From: Nemertoderma westbladi
Taxonomy: Eukaryota; Animalia; Xenacoelomorpha
Direction: 5' to 3'
DNA length: 64,000 nt
Assembly: GCA_032718475.1 (NCBI GenBank)
Contig: JAUCBJ010007824.1
Coordinates: 49,316 to 113,315, forward strand
Under the pieces are notes generated by a model that did no database searches, had not been told where the DNA came from, and saw only the letters and a program-made list of their open reading frames with translations. Of this stretch, positions 38,404-51,399 are shown piece by piece. Both the position numbers and the translations under genes were made by a program. Position 1 is the stretch's first letter; every line of letters begins with the position of its first letter.

Positions 38404-40105
38404 CTAAAAAAATGAAAGAAATTTGAGACACAAAACTGAATGAGAGAAAAAGTGGAGTGTGTTATAGAAGATGGAAAAACTTATAAATATAAAACTTATT
38501 AATATAAATATAAATAAATATTGGGTTGGTGCAGCTATATATTTAATTTTATATAAAACTTTATCAAATATCTTTATGCCATATAGTATCGTCAGCAAAT
38601 AGCGCAGATAGTAAGTAGGTGGCATTAGGAAGGTCATTTATATATTGTAAGAATAGAATAGGAGAGAGAGTGGACCCTTGAGGGACACCACAGGTTAGCG
38701 GTTCTAGAGAAGAGGTGTGGTTATCAATAGTTACAGATTGGGTGCGGTCAGAGAGAAAGCTAGCTATTAGTTTATTTGGTAGGCCTCTGATACCATAAGA
38801 TTCAAGCTTCTTTAGTAATATTTGGTGATTGAGGGTATCAAAGGCCTTTTTGAGATCTATAAATATAGCGCAGGTAGAGTTTTTGGAGTCAAGAGAGTCA
38901 TGGATTCGTTCGATTACTGAAAGTAGTGCATGAGTTGTAGTTGTTTTAGGTCTGAAGCCGAATTGTGACGTAGTAAGAATTGAATATTTAGTTAAATATG
39001 AAAATAACTGCAGATTAATTATTTGTTCAAATATTTTGGACAGTGCAGGTAGTAATGATATAGGCCTATAATTATTTGGGTCGTAGGGGCTCTCTCCTTT
39101 GTAAGATGGTATAACTTTAGCATACTAAAGTAATTTAGGGAAGAAGCCTTTATTAATAGACAGATAAATTAATTTACTGAGGTGAATAAAGAGAGATAGG
39201 TTTAGCTGCGTGAATTAATAGTTGTATAGGGAAGTAATCATTTGAAGACTTTTTGGGGTTTAGGTGTAGTAAATAGTATTCTACTTCTACCAGGGAGGTT
39301 TCTACTAATGAAAACGAGTTAGATTTAGTGTGATTAATATAGCGGAGAGGGGAGCGAGTAGAAGTGGGTATTTCATTTGCCAGTTCAGGACCTATAGTGG
39401 CGAAGTGGGTGTTTAATACATTCGCAATGCGAGTTGGGTCTGTAATTGTCTCAGTGGTGGTGTCAGTGCATGTAGTTTTTTAGGAGATTTAAGTTTAGAT
39501 GATCTATTTAGGGCGGAGTTAATGATAAGCCAGGTTTTTTGAGTATTGTTAGAGTTAGATTCAAGCTGAGAAGAATAACCAGCAGCAGCCCGTAAAATGG
39601 AAGTCAACTTATTCCGGTACTTTTTAAATTTATTAAGGTTGGACTCTGTTGGGTGTTTTATAGAGTTACGGTAAAGGTTGTTTTTTTTAATGGTGCAGTT
39701 TAACAGATTATTTGTCATCCAAGGTTTAATTATAATTTTCTTTGGGGGGACAGATTATTTTGGTATGTGAGATGAGCAGATATTTTCTAAATTTTGGTAG
39801 AATTCATTGAATTTTTCTGAGTTAGGTGTATCGTCCGAATTATAAGTCCATGTAAAAGGGGAGTTAATTTGTTCCAGAAATTTTTTGCGATTATATTTAG
39901 TGTAGTCATAAATGGTATGATTTTTGGGCTGATTGAAAAAACAGGAGTATTTCTGAAAAATTGTGAAAGTGGGTTGGTGATCCGAAGTGAATCCTATTTT
40001 ACTCTGAAAAGTACCAGCTTTTGAAATGGAGGTAGTGATGTTAGTTATAATGTGATCGATTAGAGATTCAGACCAAGTAGTTACTCTAGTAGGTTGATTA
40101 ATTAA
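38404..40105 (-). mobile_element. Decayed CR1/L2-like LINE ORF2 fragment (endonuclease end plus RT)
   Basis: Minus-strand motifs IDHII, SDHQP, PWMT, YRPISLL, QFGFRP, DLKKAFDTLNH, GVPQGSTLSPILF, FADDT. Confidence 0.9.
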
Positions 40106-40659
40106 CCTTTATCTACCAGAGGCTTCCTAAAGCCAGTAAACATACCTCCATGAATTTGTAAATGATGTTGCCAAATTTATTAATAGAGGTCATAATTGTA
40201 GTGAATTCGCTAAAGGGAATGTGTCCTTTCCCTCTGAATGTAAAATTGACTGCCAATATTGACTTTTGAAAGATTTATTGCAGAATGAAAACCTCCTATG
40301 TCAGAAATCCAACCTTATTATGTTCCCGCTTTAATAACTCCTAAAATTATTTCAAGGTTTAAGTTTAATGTATTTTTTAATAAAACGCATAAAGGAAATG
40401 TGTAACAATATTAAAAAACATTCTGCAGGATATACTGTAGGCCTTACTGCACATACTACAGGCCATGCTGGGAGAGATGGTATAGGCGATAGGGTACTGT
40501 GAATGCCTGGATTGAACCCGGAGGTCGCGGCATATATACCGGGTAGTAGGCAGGAACCTGATAGAACTATACCGGTACCTACACCAGTATGACTATAATA
40601 TGCAGGGATACAATATATACCCAGGGGAAGGGGGGGGGGGGGGCGTGTATTGCAGATAG

Positions 40660-43600
40660 GTGTATGGGCCCAAGACATCTACCCCAGTACCAAATATAAC
40701 ATCGGTGAGGGGGGGACAGGGTGACATTCCCCCATTACAGTATCTGCAATACACACAACCAAAATTAAATACCCCGACCCCCTCAGATCCAAATAGATCG
40801 TGTGACACGGAGATATGGAGGGGACCGCTACCCCCGATGATATATCCCACTCAGGGAACTCAGGGAAACCCAAGAGGCGAAGCAGAGCCAACGTTGAAGG
40901 ACCCTGCATCCCTACCGTCGAGCGCGCTGGAAGTTCAAGCGATGGGAATGGCAACATTGAGCTGCCACCCTTTCAAGCCTGTCATTCACGCCTTTCAAGT
41001 TTGATGGTAGCAAGCCGGAAGAATATCTACAGTTCCGGAGGATGTATAGTAATGAGATTTTGACAAAAAATCTCACACAGGTGGAGTGCCTTAAAAACCT
41101 ACAAGTCTATACAGGGGGGCCGCCTACGACATCGTGAGGCAATCCCAAGGTATTGAAGGAGGATTCACGACCGTGTGGAGAGGAGAGCCCTGGACAGGGA
41201 ATTTGGCCATCCTGCGAAGATTATCTGACAAACCTTAAGGGGAATAACATCAGGCAGACTCGCAGATAACCCCGTTAGCATCAAAACTTTCGCTAACAAA
41301 GTAGAGAAAGCGCTAATAGTGTTAAAGACCCTATATGCACCTTACGAACATCACCACGATAGCACAGGCACTACCGATTTGGCTAAGAAACAAATGGAGA
41401 AAGATTGCTTTCTCCACTCGAGAAAAGAAAGGTGCGGAGCCAGGGTTGGAGGAGATGTTGAATTTCCTTAACTATGAGGCGGAGCAAATAACAGATCCAG
41501 TCTATAGTGAGGACAGTCTAGGCAAGGTACTGAAAACGAAATACAGCCGACCTAAACCCGAACATAGTGCAGCGAATGCACTTCCGAAGGTGAGGCAGTC
41601 GCTACCGTATGCGGCCACACAGAGGACTACAATTTACAGAGAGCTGGGAGTAGAGCCACACTGTGGCAGGGACAGAAACCAAGTAACAACACAAACAAAT
41701 ACAAACCCAATACCCCCAGTAGGCCGAATCCAAGTAACCAAAACACTAAACCTCTAGATATGAATCTAAGCGCAATACGTGAAGCGCTATATAAGGAATG
41801 CTACAATCCCGAATACAAATGCCAATTGCATAGGATCGGCACACATAATAAGACCTTAAACTGTAAACATTGGCAGGTGTTGCTTAAACAAGATCGAATA
41901 GCCTACACCGGTAAGAATGGCGATCGATGCGATGTCATCGATGCGCAATAGGAGGACATAGAAAGGATGAATGCCAGGAACCACCGATTAAATGTGCCGA
42001 AACTTATGGGACTGGAGGCCAGACAATGGCGACAAGCACCATGGGATCAAAAAGGAAGGGAATAGTACTACTCGGAGTAGTACCAGTGAGGATAATTGGG
42101 GAGAACGAGCTATCGGTTACGATGTTAATGCTTCTCGATAGCGGAGCAGCATTCACGCTAGCAGAAAGTTGGGTGGCTGAAAAGATAGGGTTACAAACGA
42201 GGCCAAGTAAGATGGCGGTAACCACAATTTCCAGCACAGATAAAGTCATGAAGATGAGGACGGGACAATGCGAAATTGCAGCGATAACACCAGGGTGCGA
42301 CTATGGGGCTACCATCGAACCCATCCAAATAATAGAGTCGATCAACATTAACGCCATGTGACCTACAAAGATCGAGATCGAGAACTGGGACTGGACGGGA
42401 CTGGACGTCCCGAAAGTGTCTCTCATAGTCGGCATGGACTGTCCGACTACCCATGAGAGACTACAGACTGTCTTCGGCGAGGATAGGGAGCGAGACCCAG
42501 TGGCCATTCTCACGCCATTCGGATGGACGCTCAGTGGCCCAATAAAGACGAGAATCCCGTTCAGCGTGTCCAAATCCTCAGGGTGCATGTTCGCGGGAAC
42601 AATGAGGGAAATGGAGGATGAGGGAGCAGAGGAGCAACTCAAGAGGCTGCTACGGAAGGACTTCGAGGGGTTGAAGGAGACCGGGGTGGGAACCTCGGTG
42701 GAGGACAAGCAGGCGCAGGAGAGCATCAGGAACTCAATGAAGTGCGAGGGAGGGCGATATACCATAGGGATGGTATGGAAGCAGCCAAAGGTGCCCCTAC
42801 CAGACAATAAGAGGATGGTCCTGTTAAGGTTTCGAAGTGGAAAACATGCCTTCACGTGCGATATAGAGGGCATGTTTAATGCAAGTCTAGGGCATGTGAT
42901 GGAGAAGGATAGCGCTAGTCAGCGCTTCCTGTGGTACAATGGTGATGAAGAACCATCAGAGATACCGATGTACAAGATGGTAGTGCAGAATATGGGGGCC
43001 AAGTCATCCTCATTTACCATGACTACAGCCGTAAGAGGCAAAGAGGGGGAGTATAGTGAGAAGGCGATCGATGATTCGATGCGGGTTCTATGTGGACAAT
43101 AAGATGGGTTCTGGAAACTCGGTTAAGGAGATCCTCGATACAGGGCGCGAAGTTCGTGACATCCTGAAGAGGTCAGGATTTAACATTACGAAATTCCAAT
43201 CTAACTCTAGAGAATTCATAGAATCCATAGAGGATAAACAACTGGAGGTAAAGATAGATAAACCTATGATGGTAAAGGAGCAGATCATGGCAGACAAGAG
43301 AATAGAATCACAGCAGAAGGCACTAGGGATCATATGGAACCGGGAGACATGAGTTGGAGAATCAACTAAGTTAGGAGGGAGCCAGGATCCATACTAAATG
43401 AGGCTATGTGTCATACATAGCGAGGATTTACGATCCGCTACATATAGCATCCCTGTTGTTAGTCACAGGGAAACAAATATTGAAGAAGGTCTACAAGATC
43501 AAAGATGACTGGGACGCGGAGGTCCCAGTGGAGATAAGCAAACAGTGGGAGAAATGGACAGGGAGCCTCGAAGAAATGGGGATTTATAGTATGCCATGTG

Positions 43601-45712
43601 TATACTTCCAGGATGGGGACATGAGCAATTTAGAACTATATATCTTCTCCGATGCATCCCTGGAAGCCTTTGGTGTGGCGCTTTATTTGGTACAGCGGAA
43701 GGGGACTCATAAGCACAGGCTTGCATTTAGTAAAGCGAGGTCGATGCCACCAGGTTCAGCATCAGTGCCGAAACTTAAGCTAATGGCTGCGAGACTAGGA
43801 GTGAGAGCGACAGCATACTTGGTGGACACGATACCAAGTATAGTAGAGGCACACTACAGGACATAGTCCATGGTAGTGTTGGGATGGTTACATAATGAGA
43901 AGACGCATTATCCCATTTTTGTGGCTATTTGTGGATGAGATAAGAGCAACATCAGACTTGGAGAAGTGGCACTTCTGCCCAACTGACGACAATCCAGCGG
44001 ATCTGCTATCGAGGGGCATTGTACGCCACGCTTTCTCGGGAAAGCAGGAGTTGTGGCAGCATGGCCCGCACTTCCTTAACGACAGGTCGAAGTGGCCACC
44101 AATGAGGAAGGTGGATCCAAGTCCAGAGGAAGTGACAGTGGAGGATGAGAGAGAGGAATCAGAAGGAGAATAAATATTTAGTCAGCTAGTGAGGGAGGTT
44201 AAGGAGGCGCTACCACGATCAAAGGCGATAGAGTCGTGCGATAACCCAACAGATAGGCTGCTCAGTTACAGCTCCAGCTGGTACAAGATGAAGAAGCTAG
44301 TAGTATAGCTGAGGGCCTACAGATAATTATTAGGGGAGCTGGCAAGGATACCAAGACAAGACCCACCATCGATCTGGAAGGAGCAGCCAAAGCCGTGATA
44401 CGATACGAACAAAGGAAGGGATACGGAGACGAGGTAGACCACATCAGCAAACAACACCGCCTTTGTCAAGACAAGGATAGGATCCTGGTCATGAACTCCA
44501 GGGTGGTAAACAACACCAGCCCCATAATCCCACCAAAGCTGATAATAATCCCCAACAAGTCACCAATAGTCCAACAGATCATATGCGACGCCCATAAGTC
44601 CATACTACATGGGGGTACCAACCAGACCCTAATGGAGATTCAGAAGATATTCTGGGTAATCCAGCTCAGGAAGATGGTGAAGGCGGTGGTGGCGCAATGC
44701 CAGATGTGCCGACAGATGAAGAAGGAGAGGGCCGTGCAGGAGATGGCGCCATTGCCGACCAGCAGGGTGAGACATCATGACCCACCATCCACACATTGCG
44801 GCATGGACATGTTCGGGCCGATTAAGGTAAAGGTGATGCGGCATACAGAGAAACGCTATGGCATTATCTTCGTCTGCAATATCACGGGGGCAGTGGGGAT
44901 AAAACTTGCTCAGGACGCCACAGCGTCGGCATTTATTAATGCGTTGGAGAGGTTCGTGACCCACAGAGGAGGAATGGTTGAGGTACTATATTCAGATAAT
45001 GGGACTAACTTCGTGGGCGCAGAGAACGAGTTAGTAGAGGCACTTGACATTTTGGGGGGTGAAGATGTCAAGGCAGCGATGAGGAAACACCTAATCAGAT
45101 GGGAGAGGAGAACTCCATACGCACCACAAACGCTGGGATATGTAGAGCGACTTGCGGGAAGCTCCAAACAACTCATGAACAAGCTCACGAATAACCATGT
45201 GGTTACTGAGGACATACTAAGGACAGAGCTGGCGAAATGCGAGGGAATTATCAACAGCCACCCGCTGTATCCGGATCCGGATCTGTAATGATGATCCAGA
45301 ATCGCTGGATGTCCTAACACCAGCACACCTGCTGATGGAGAGACCAGCGAAGAGTGACATGCTAAATGTCAATCCAGACGATATACATTTGCGTCAAAGC
45401 TGGAAGGTGGCTAAGGCGATAAGTGCAGAGTATTGGGCAAGGTGGATCCAAGAGTACCTTCCAACACTGCACAAGAGGAGTAAATGGAGGAATAACCAGA
45501 GAGAGCTATGGAAGGGTGACTTGATAATCGTCACAGATGACACAATTATCAACAATCACTGGAAGTTGGCTAGGGTAGTGGAGACCTACCCCGGCGAAGA
45601 CGGAAGAATTAGATCCTTGGAAGTGAGGATCGGAGGAAAGATAGGGGCCAAAGATAGGAAGACCTACAAGAGGGCAGTAGGGAGGTGTTGCCTATTGGAG
45701 GAGTCACCCTAA
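40660..45712 (+). pseudogene. gag-pol: Fragmented Bel/Pao gag-pol of element C
   Basis: LPIWLRNKW gag; LLDSGAAFTL protease; CDIEGMF, FYVDN RT; IYDPL, FSDAS, DNPADLLSRG RNase H; H..ILH..CQMC, GMDMFGP, SDNGTNF, WIQEYLPTL, GRCCLLE integrase. Many stops and frameshifts. Confidence 0.93.
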
Positions 45713-45980
45713 ACTAGTTGAGTCATCCAATATATTTGACTGAGGGGGTGGGAATGAGGGTGAGACACCCTTCCCACACACTAAACAGAATAAAATAAAA
45801 TAAATAAATAAAAATAAAATAAGTAGTAAAAATACTAGTACCAAGGTACACTGTAGGTAGACATTATGTACGTCTGATGCGTATGGATGTACCAACATAC
45901 ATAATATATAGGTGTAGGTAGAAACAATTATGTACATCGGACGGGTACAAATGTACCAACGTACCTAATTTACATATGCA

Positions 45981-46420
45981 CTATTGTGGGCACTAAGGGT
46001 GTCACATGAGGAGTTGAGGGGGGTATGCATGCATGCTGTGGTGGAAGGGTACACAGTACCGTAAATACACATACTACATACTATTGTGGGCACTGAGGGT
46101 ACCATGTGAGGAGTTGAGAGGGGGGTATGCATGCATACCAGGGTGGAAGGGTACACAGTACCGTAGATACGTAATACGCACTATTGTGGGCACTGAGGGT
46201 GCCACGTGAGGAGTTGAGGGGGGTATGTACGCATACTGTAGCAAAGGGTACACAGTACCATAGTGTGGATTGGGAGGGGTATACATTGCGTGCGTCTGTT
46301 GGGCACAATGTGCCAACGTACGTAATAAATACCAGCACAAGCTGGGTCAATGGGACCAATAACACGTAATACGTACTATTGTGGGCATTGAGGGCACCAC
46401 GTGAGGAGTTGACGGGGGTA
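45981..46420. repeat. 100-bp tandem repeat between pol and the cargo ORF of element C
   Basis: CTATTGTGGGCACT.AGGG...GAGGAGTTGA at 45981, 46081, 46181, partial at 46376. Confidence 0.9.
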
Positions 46421-46906
46421 TGTAGGCGTAGTAAAATAAACCGTGGAGGCCGCACAAACTGTACTACTGTAGTGCATAGCCCGTAGTACACACTTAGGGT
46501 ATTGTTACAGAGCCAGGAGACTGTCTGGTAGGAAGCTAGTATGACAATAGGAAAACTGTAGCTAGTCTTCTCTGTATACAAGTAGGAATGGATTACTTAC
46601 GTAGTAATCAAGTGGCAGATAGAATAATAGCACATATAGGGGAGAATATAAAATAATAACAAAATAATAAAATTATAGCAACTGGGAATAAAAATACTAG
46701 AATCATTAATAAAAGAAACGGACAAAATTGTAAATAGGAGCAAAAATTTACACATAGGGGAATATTTGTACTAAAAGGTAGCAAAATGAGCAGATAGGAG
46801 GTAGGCCATTGCTAATCAAAGCTAATAAGATCTTATTTAGTAACCCTCTTACCTAACTGAGGCTTTCTAAGGCCCCACCAGCTTGGTGAGAGTGAGTTGA
46901 TTCGTG

Positions 46907-49630
46907 ATGGCGGAGAAACTAGTGAAGAAGAGGATGTAGGAGAAGAGCGGAAAGGTGTTACTAGTGGATTTCATGCTGAGGAATACGGAGAACAAGACGA
47001 AGGGATACTACAAACGAATCCCAAAAGCTCACAAAGCGCATGTGCTACAGGATCAGTTTAGGGAGATGCACGAGCGACGACTGGTCGGGACCTACGGGAC
47101 GCCGTCGTTGGACAACGCGATCGACGAGCATCTTCGCTACGTCGTAAAGGGGGATGAGGCTAGGCTCGGGATACCGAAGTACCCGAGGGAACCACCGAGG
47201 AAGGAGTGGAGGAAGTTTGTAGATTCCGTGGAGAGGGGTGGATACATGGTCCTAGACGACGAAGGGACTGTGGAGGATGACGATGGCTCGAGAAGGGGGT
47301 CAGGAGGATCAGCTAGAACCATATTGCTGCACTTAATGGCACCGAACGGAGATATCTTTCTATTCGACCTAGGGACCTACGGGTAGAGGAGCAGACCGAA
47401 GTTAAACCGGTTGCCGAGCGCGATGCAGGAGCTAGTGAGGTTGAAGACTATGGACAAGGTGGGATCGGCGATACGTGGCGACGCAGACAGAATTATTGGA
47501 CCAGGAACCCCGAATCTTCTGGACATGCAGGTAGTCTACATGGCTGTGACAAAACCAGACGGATTGGGATTGGTGGACAACACGGGACATTACGGAGCCG
47601 TGGCGATGGGCCAACTGATGGGACTCATCTGCCACAAGCCAATAGACTGGAACAAGTTCCGGGAGGAATACAGAGCGGAACTTGCAAACTCACTCAAGTG
47701 GGGAGCTAGACCGGGGAAGGAGGAGCTATATCACTTCCGGAAGGGAGCGATAAAGATATATCATAAGAGATATATCCTACAGGAGGACTGGATAATGATA
47801 GGTTTACTAGATCTATTCATCACGGTGATTATCGGCAGGGAGCCAACGGTGTTTCTACTATCGTGATCACCTCTTGAGCCACAGGAGAGCCTTTAAGGGG
47901 CTGAAGGCCCTTCAGCCCCTTCAGAGTCTCCTCTCCTCAACCCTATCCGCCTCCTGTTTCTCCCATCGCATGTATGGTGTGTCTACCTCTCTGTCCACCA
48001 GGTGTCGTGTATTGTAATATACCGACTCGCCCTTCAGTGAAGGGCGAGTCGGTATATCACAATACCCGACACCTGGTGGACAGAGAGGTAGACACACCAT
48101 ACATGCGATGGGAGAAACAGGAGGCGGATAGGGTTGAGGAGAGGAGACTAGAGGAGGTGGCCAGGAGAGAGAGAAGGGAGGCAGTGGGCAGAGAGGCAGA
48201 TATAAGGGGAGGGGAGTACGAGTGCGAAGCCCAGGACTTGGACGAGTTGAGGTGGGGATCGGAGACCTCAGGAGAGTTTCGGCTGGGGGATGAACAGGGT
48301 TGGATGGAAGAGACACCAATACAGTCTACATCGGGGCTGCAAGGAATGCCGATGCCTGCGGGGTCTGAGGGTGACTTCGGAAGGAAGAGACCAAGGGAGG
48401 TAGAAGGGTGGAAGGCCATGGGAGAATACCAGGCCGGAAAGGGACACAGTGGATCAACCGGGATCCCTGGTTTGGATCCGCTCCCGGCAGGGGATGAAGA
48501 AGAGGACGAGTTCGGGGTGATGCTGCCGATAGAGAGGATCGGACACGGACTGGGTGGATGGGAGAGTGATGACAGCCAGCGGGACGAGAGCCTTCTGGGA
48601 TGCACCCGGCAAATGGACCTGGGAGAATGGGGAGCCGGTAATGGACTTTGTGGCGAACACGATCTGACTGGGCGAGCAACCAGGGACGGCACCACGGGCA
48701 GTGTTTGGAGAAACGATGCTGAGGGAGGAGGAGGACGTCGATATGGGTAGGGAGGACAACGTCGAGATGTTTACCTACCAGTGGATCCACAGACCCAGGT
48801 GGCTATGTGGAGCCAAGGACGACTTAGGGCGAGAGACATTGATAGAGGGTTGCGATTACTGTCGGAGACTAACCCATCAGCAAAAGAACTTTCTATACCG
48901 TTTCCAGAAGGGGACGACGTGTCTTTACTGCTGCGAGTCCATGCACAGGATGGGTGTGTGCCCAAGGTTGCACCACAGGTGTTCGAAGTGCAAGTTTAGG
49001 GATCACTTTGAGCACCAGTGTGACTGGATGGAGGATGAGGAGAAGTTACGCATTTTCGAGGAGTGGGCCGACGTCGGAGTCATGACATGGCAAAGGATGA
49101 AGGCCCAGGAGTTCCGATGCAGGGGCTTCTTCAACATTAATCTACAAGCCCACCAGCAAATCACCAAGAGGAGATGACCATTCACGTATCAGGATGTAGC
49201 GACAGCGGCATCATACGGAGGGGTCATCAACACCCAAAGATATCTGGATAGATGGTCACCAGAAAATAGGATAGAATTCAGGGATTTTCAGGCGGAACAC
49301 ATGCCGCATGCGATGAAAATGATCTTGTGGGACACTACCAGTGGGAAACAGGAGGGACACTCAGTGGGACCACCTGCGAAGCGATACCGTAATTTAATAA
49401 CACCCTTGCCAAAGGACCAACAATGGGGCTTGGTAAGATGGTATCAGCGAGAATGAGTAGACTCAAGGGTAAACAGGAAGGGAGGAAGTGACCCAGGCAG
49501 GACAACGATAGGGGTAAGGAACTTAGATGGTTCCCGGAGGGTGCGGGAGGAGCAATATAAAACTCTAGAACTGATTACAGGAGATGTCAATGTGCCTGGA
49601 AAGCACCGCATTGACAAACCAGTACAATAA
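46907..49630 (+). pseudogene. Cargo ORF of element C: DEDDy (WRN/EXD-like) 3'-5' exonuclease domain, acidic linker and CCHC zinc knuckles; disrupted
   Basis: YMVLDDEG (ExoI), ILLHLMAPNGDIFLFDL, LPSAMQELV..DKVGSAIRGDADRI (ExoII), NLLDMQ, YILQED (ExoIII-like); then CDYC....H, CLYC....H....C, CSKC....H....C. Pieces are linked by in-frame stops and two frameshifts. Confidence 0.7.
47925..48149. repeat. Fold-back palindrome, 112-bp arms with 1-nt spacer (centre 48037)
   Basis: Arms are reverse complements with 2 mismatches; a second 13-bp-arm palindrome lies at 47895-47921. Confidence 0.95.
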
Positions 49631-50699
49631 TTCGTAAGTGCAATTAACCAAGTGCAATTAGTATGTACGTAGGTAATCAATCAATATTAGAGAAAGTATA
49701 ATATACGTACTATAGTCAGATATAACCTTTTCCAATTAGCTACTGGGACTGGGGACTAATTGACTGAAACAGGAGGACGAGACATTAGACTGACCTCACT
49801 TCTTGAGTGCGACAGCATAAACGATAATGTGAGGCCCAGCAGAAGTGAGTGGGGATAAAACGGGTTGAGTATGGGAGGAGCATGGGGAGAAGGTGTTAGG
49901 GTATGGGGAAGTAAAAGGGTGCAAGATTCAAGCGTGGGGAGCAGGCATGGAGGGGGATGAGTCCTAAGGGACTAGTGAGAGAGAAAGGGATAACAAAGTG
50001 CGAAAGTTAAAATTGCGTGAGGAGTGAGGGCGATCATCTAAAACAGAGATGTCAGATGCCTTGGTACAGCTTAGCTCGCAGATGTACCAAGGATGGGTAG
50101 TGAAAACAGACCCATGGGGGCCAGCCTGGAAAGCTGACCCCGAGAAGAGAATTCCACTCCACATCTAATATTAGATTGGATTCCAGTTGAATTGAAGCGC
50201 ACTTAAGGTTGATGCTATCTTCTTACCGGGAAGATAGCATGGGGGGGGGGGGGTGTAAGAGGATTCAATTCCCTGCACTACCTAGCGGAAAATGGGCGAA
50301 GTGGCTTTTTACCAATTACAGTTAGGAAGGGGACATTACCAATATAATGTCACCAAATAACCAACTCTGGCAACACACACTGCAATAGAGTTGCCAGAGT
50401 ACACCACGTATAGAGTTGAGAGGCCATAAGCCATCTCAGGGGACAAATGGGCTAGCAATTGGGAGGAAACACTTAACATCTATCTACATTAACTAACATT
50501 ACACTACTACTTACAACTAACATTAACAGGACACCCCTGTCTAGTCTGCCTTGTACATGTACATTTTGTACAGTACTGTAGTTTGAAGCTGCTAAATTAT
50601 GTGTATAGGCTTTTAGTAAGAACTACTTCAGTCAAAATGTCTCACTTTTATTGTGCTTTCTAACTGTTATTAAATTATTGAAATAAAATATTTTTCGTC

Positions 50700-50857
50700 T
50701 AGGGTGAGGGGGGGGGCTATAAATTTACGAAAAAAAAATTTTTGTGACAGAGGGGGGGGGGGGGGGGTCGAGCTTGCGTGACACTTAGTGACAGAGGGGG
50801 GGGGGGGGGTCAAAAAACTGGAAAATTAGAGTGACATACTTTATGAACGCCCCCTAA
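50700..50857. repeat. G-run-rich MITE-like terminus
   Basis: GTGACAGAGGGGGG repeats ending GTGACATACTTTATGAACGCCCCCTA; partner end not found. Confidence 0.4.
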
Positions 50858-50923
50858 GGATAGGGCAAAAAACAAATGTGTGTTTTTTATAAAAACACGT
50901 GGAAACGTTCGAAATGGGGGGTT

Positions 50924-51399
50924 TAAGTAAGTCTGGGAAGCCAATTTTGAAAATCGGCTGTGATTGGCTGCTACAAATTTGACGTCACTGCGCAGTACTT
51001 AGATAAATTCTTATATTGGTTTCTATGGAGGGTGATTTTAGCTCCATTAAAATACACATTTAATCTCAATTATTTCACACGTGGCAAGTTGGTGAGTGCT
51101 TGCATACGGGGTCAGGCAATCTACCACGTTTGCAAAATTACAAACAGTATTGTGTCAATGTTCATGATCATGAATTTAAGTAATTGTAGTGTTAAAAGAC
51201 GCCCAAGACTCTCCGCTTTCAATTGATATACCGGAAAGTCACGTGTGAAATGATTGTGATTAAATGAGTATTTGAATGGATCTAAAATCAGCCTCCATAG
51301 AAACCAATATAAGAACTTATCAGAGCACTGCGAAGTGACGTCAAATATGTATCAGCCAATCACAGCCGATTTTCAAAATTGGCTTCCCGCGCTTATTTA
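50924..51399. mobile_element. MITE-like element with ~160-bp imperfect terminal inverted repeats
   Basis: GGGAAGCCAATTTTGAAAATCGGCTGTGATTGGCTG... is mirrored by ...CAGCCAATCACAGCCGATTTTCAAAATTGGCTTCCC. Confidence 0.85.

Larger units (their letters stand above)
40420..50560 (+). mobile_element. Bel/Pao LTR retrotransposon C (distinct family; 5' end missing; both boundaries approximate)
   Basis: Gag-pol motifs, an extra ORF, then a hairpin, a G13 PPT (50241-50253) and TGTAAGAGG as putative 3' LTR start at 50254. No matching 5' LTR in the window. Confidence 0.85.

Noticed and set aside
45981-46420. CRISPR-like array
   Set aside because: Whole 100-bp units are repeated without unique spacers; eukaryotic context and no cas genes.
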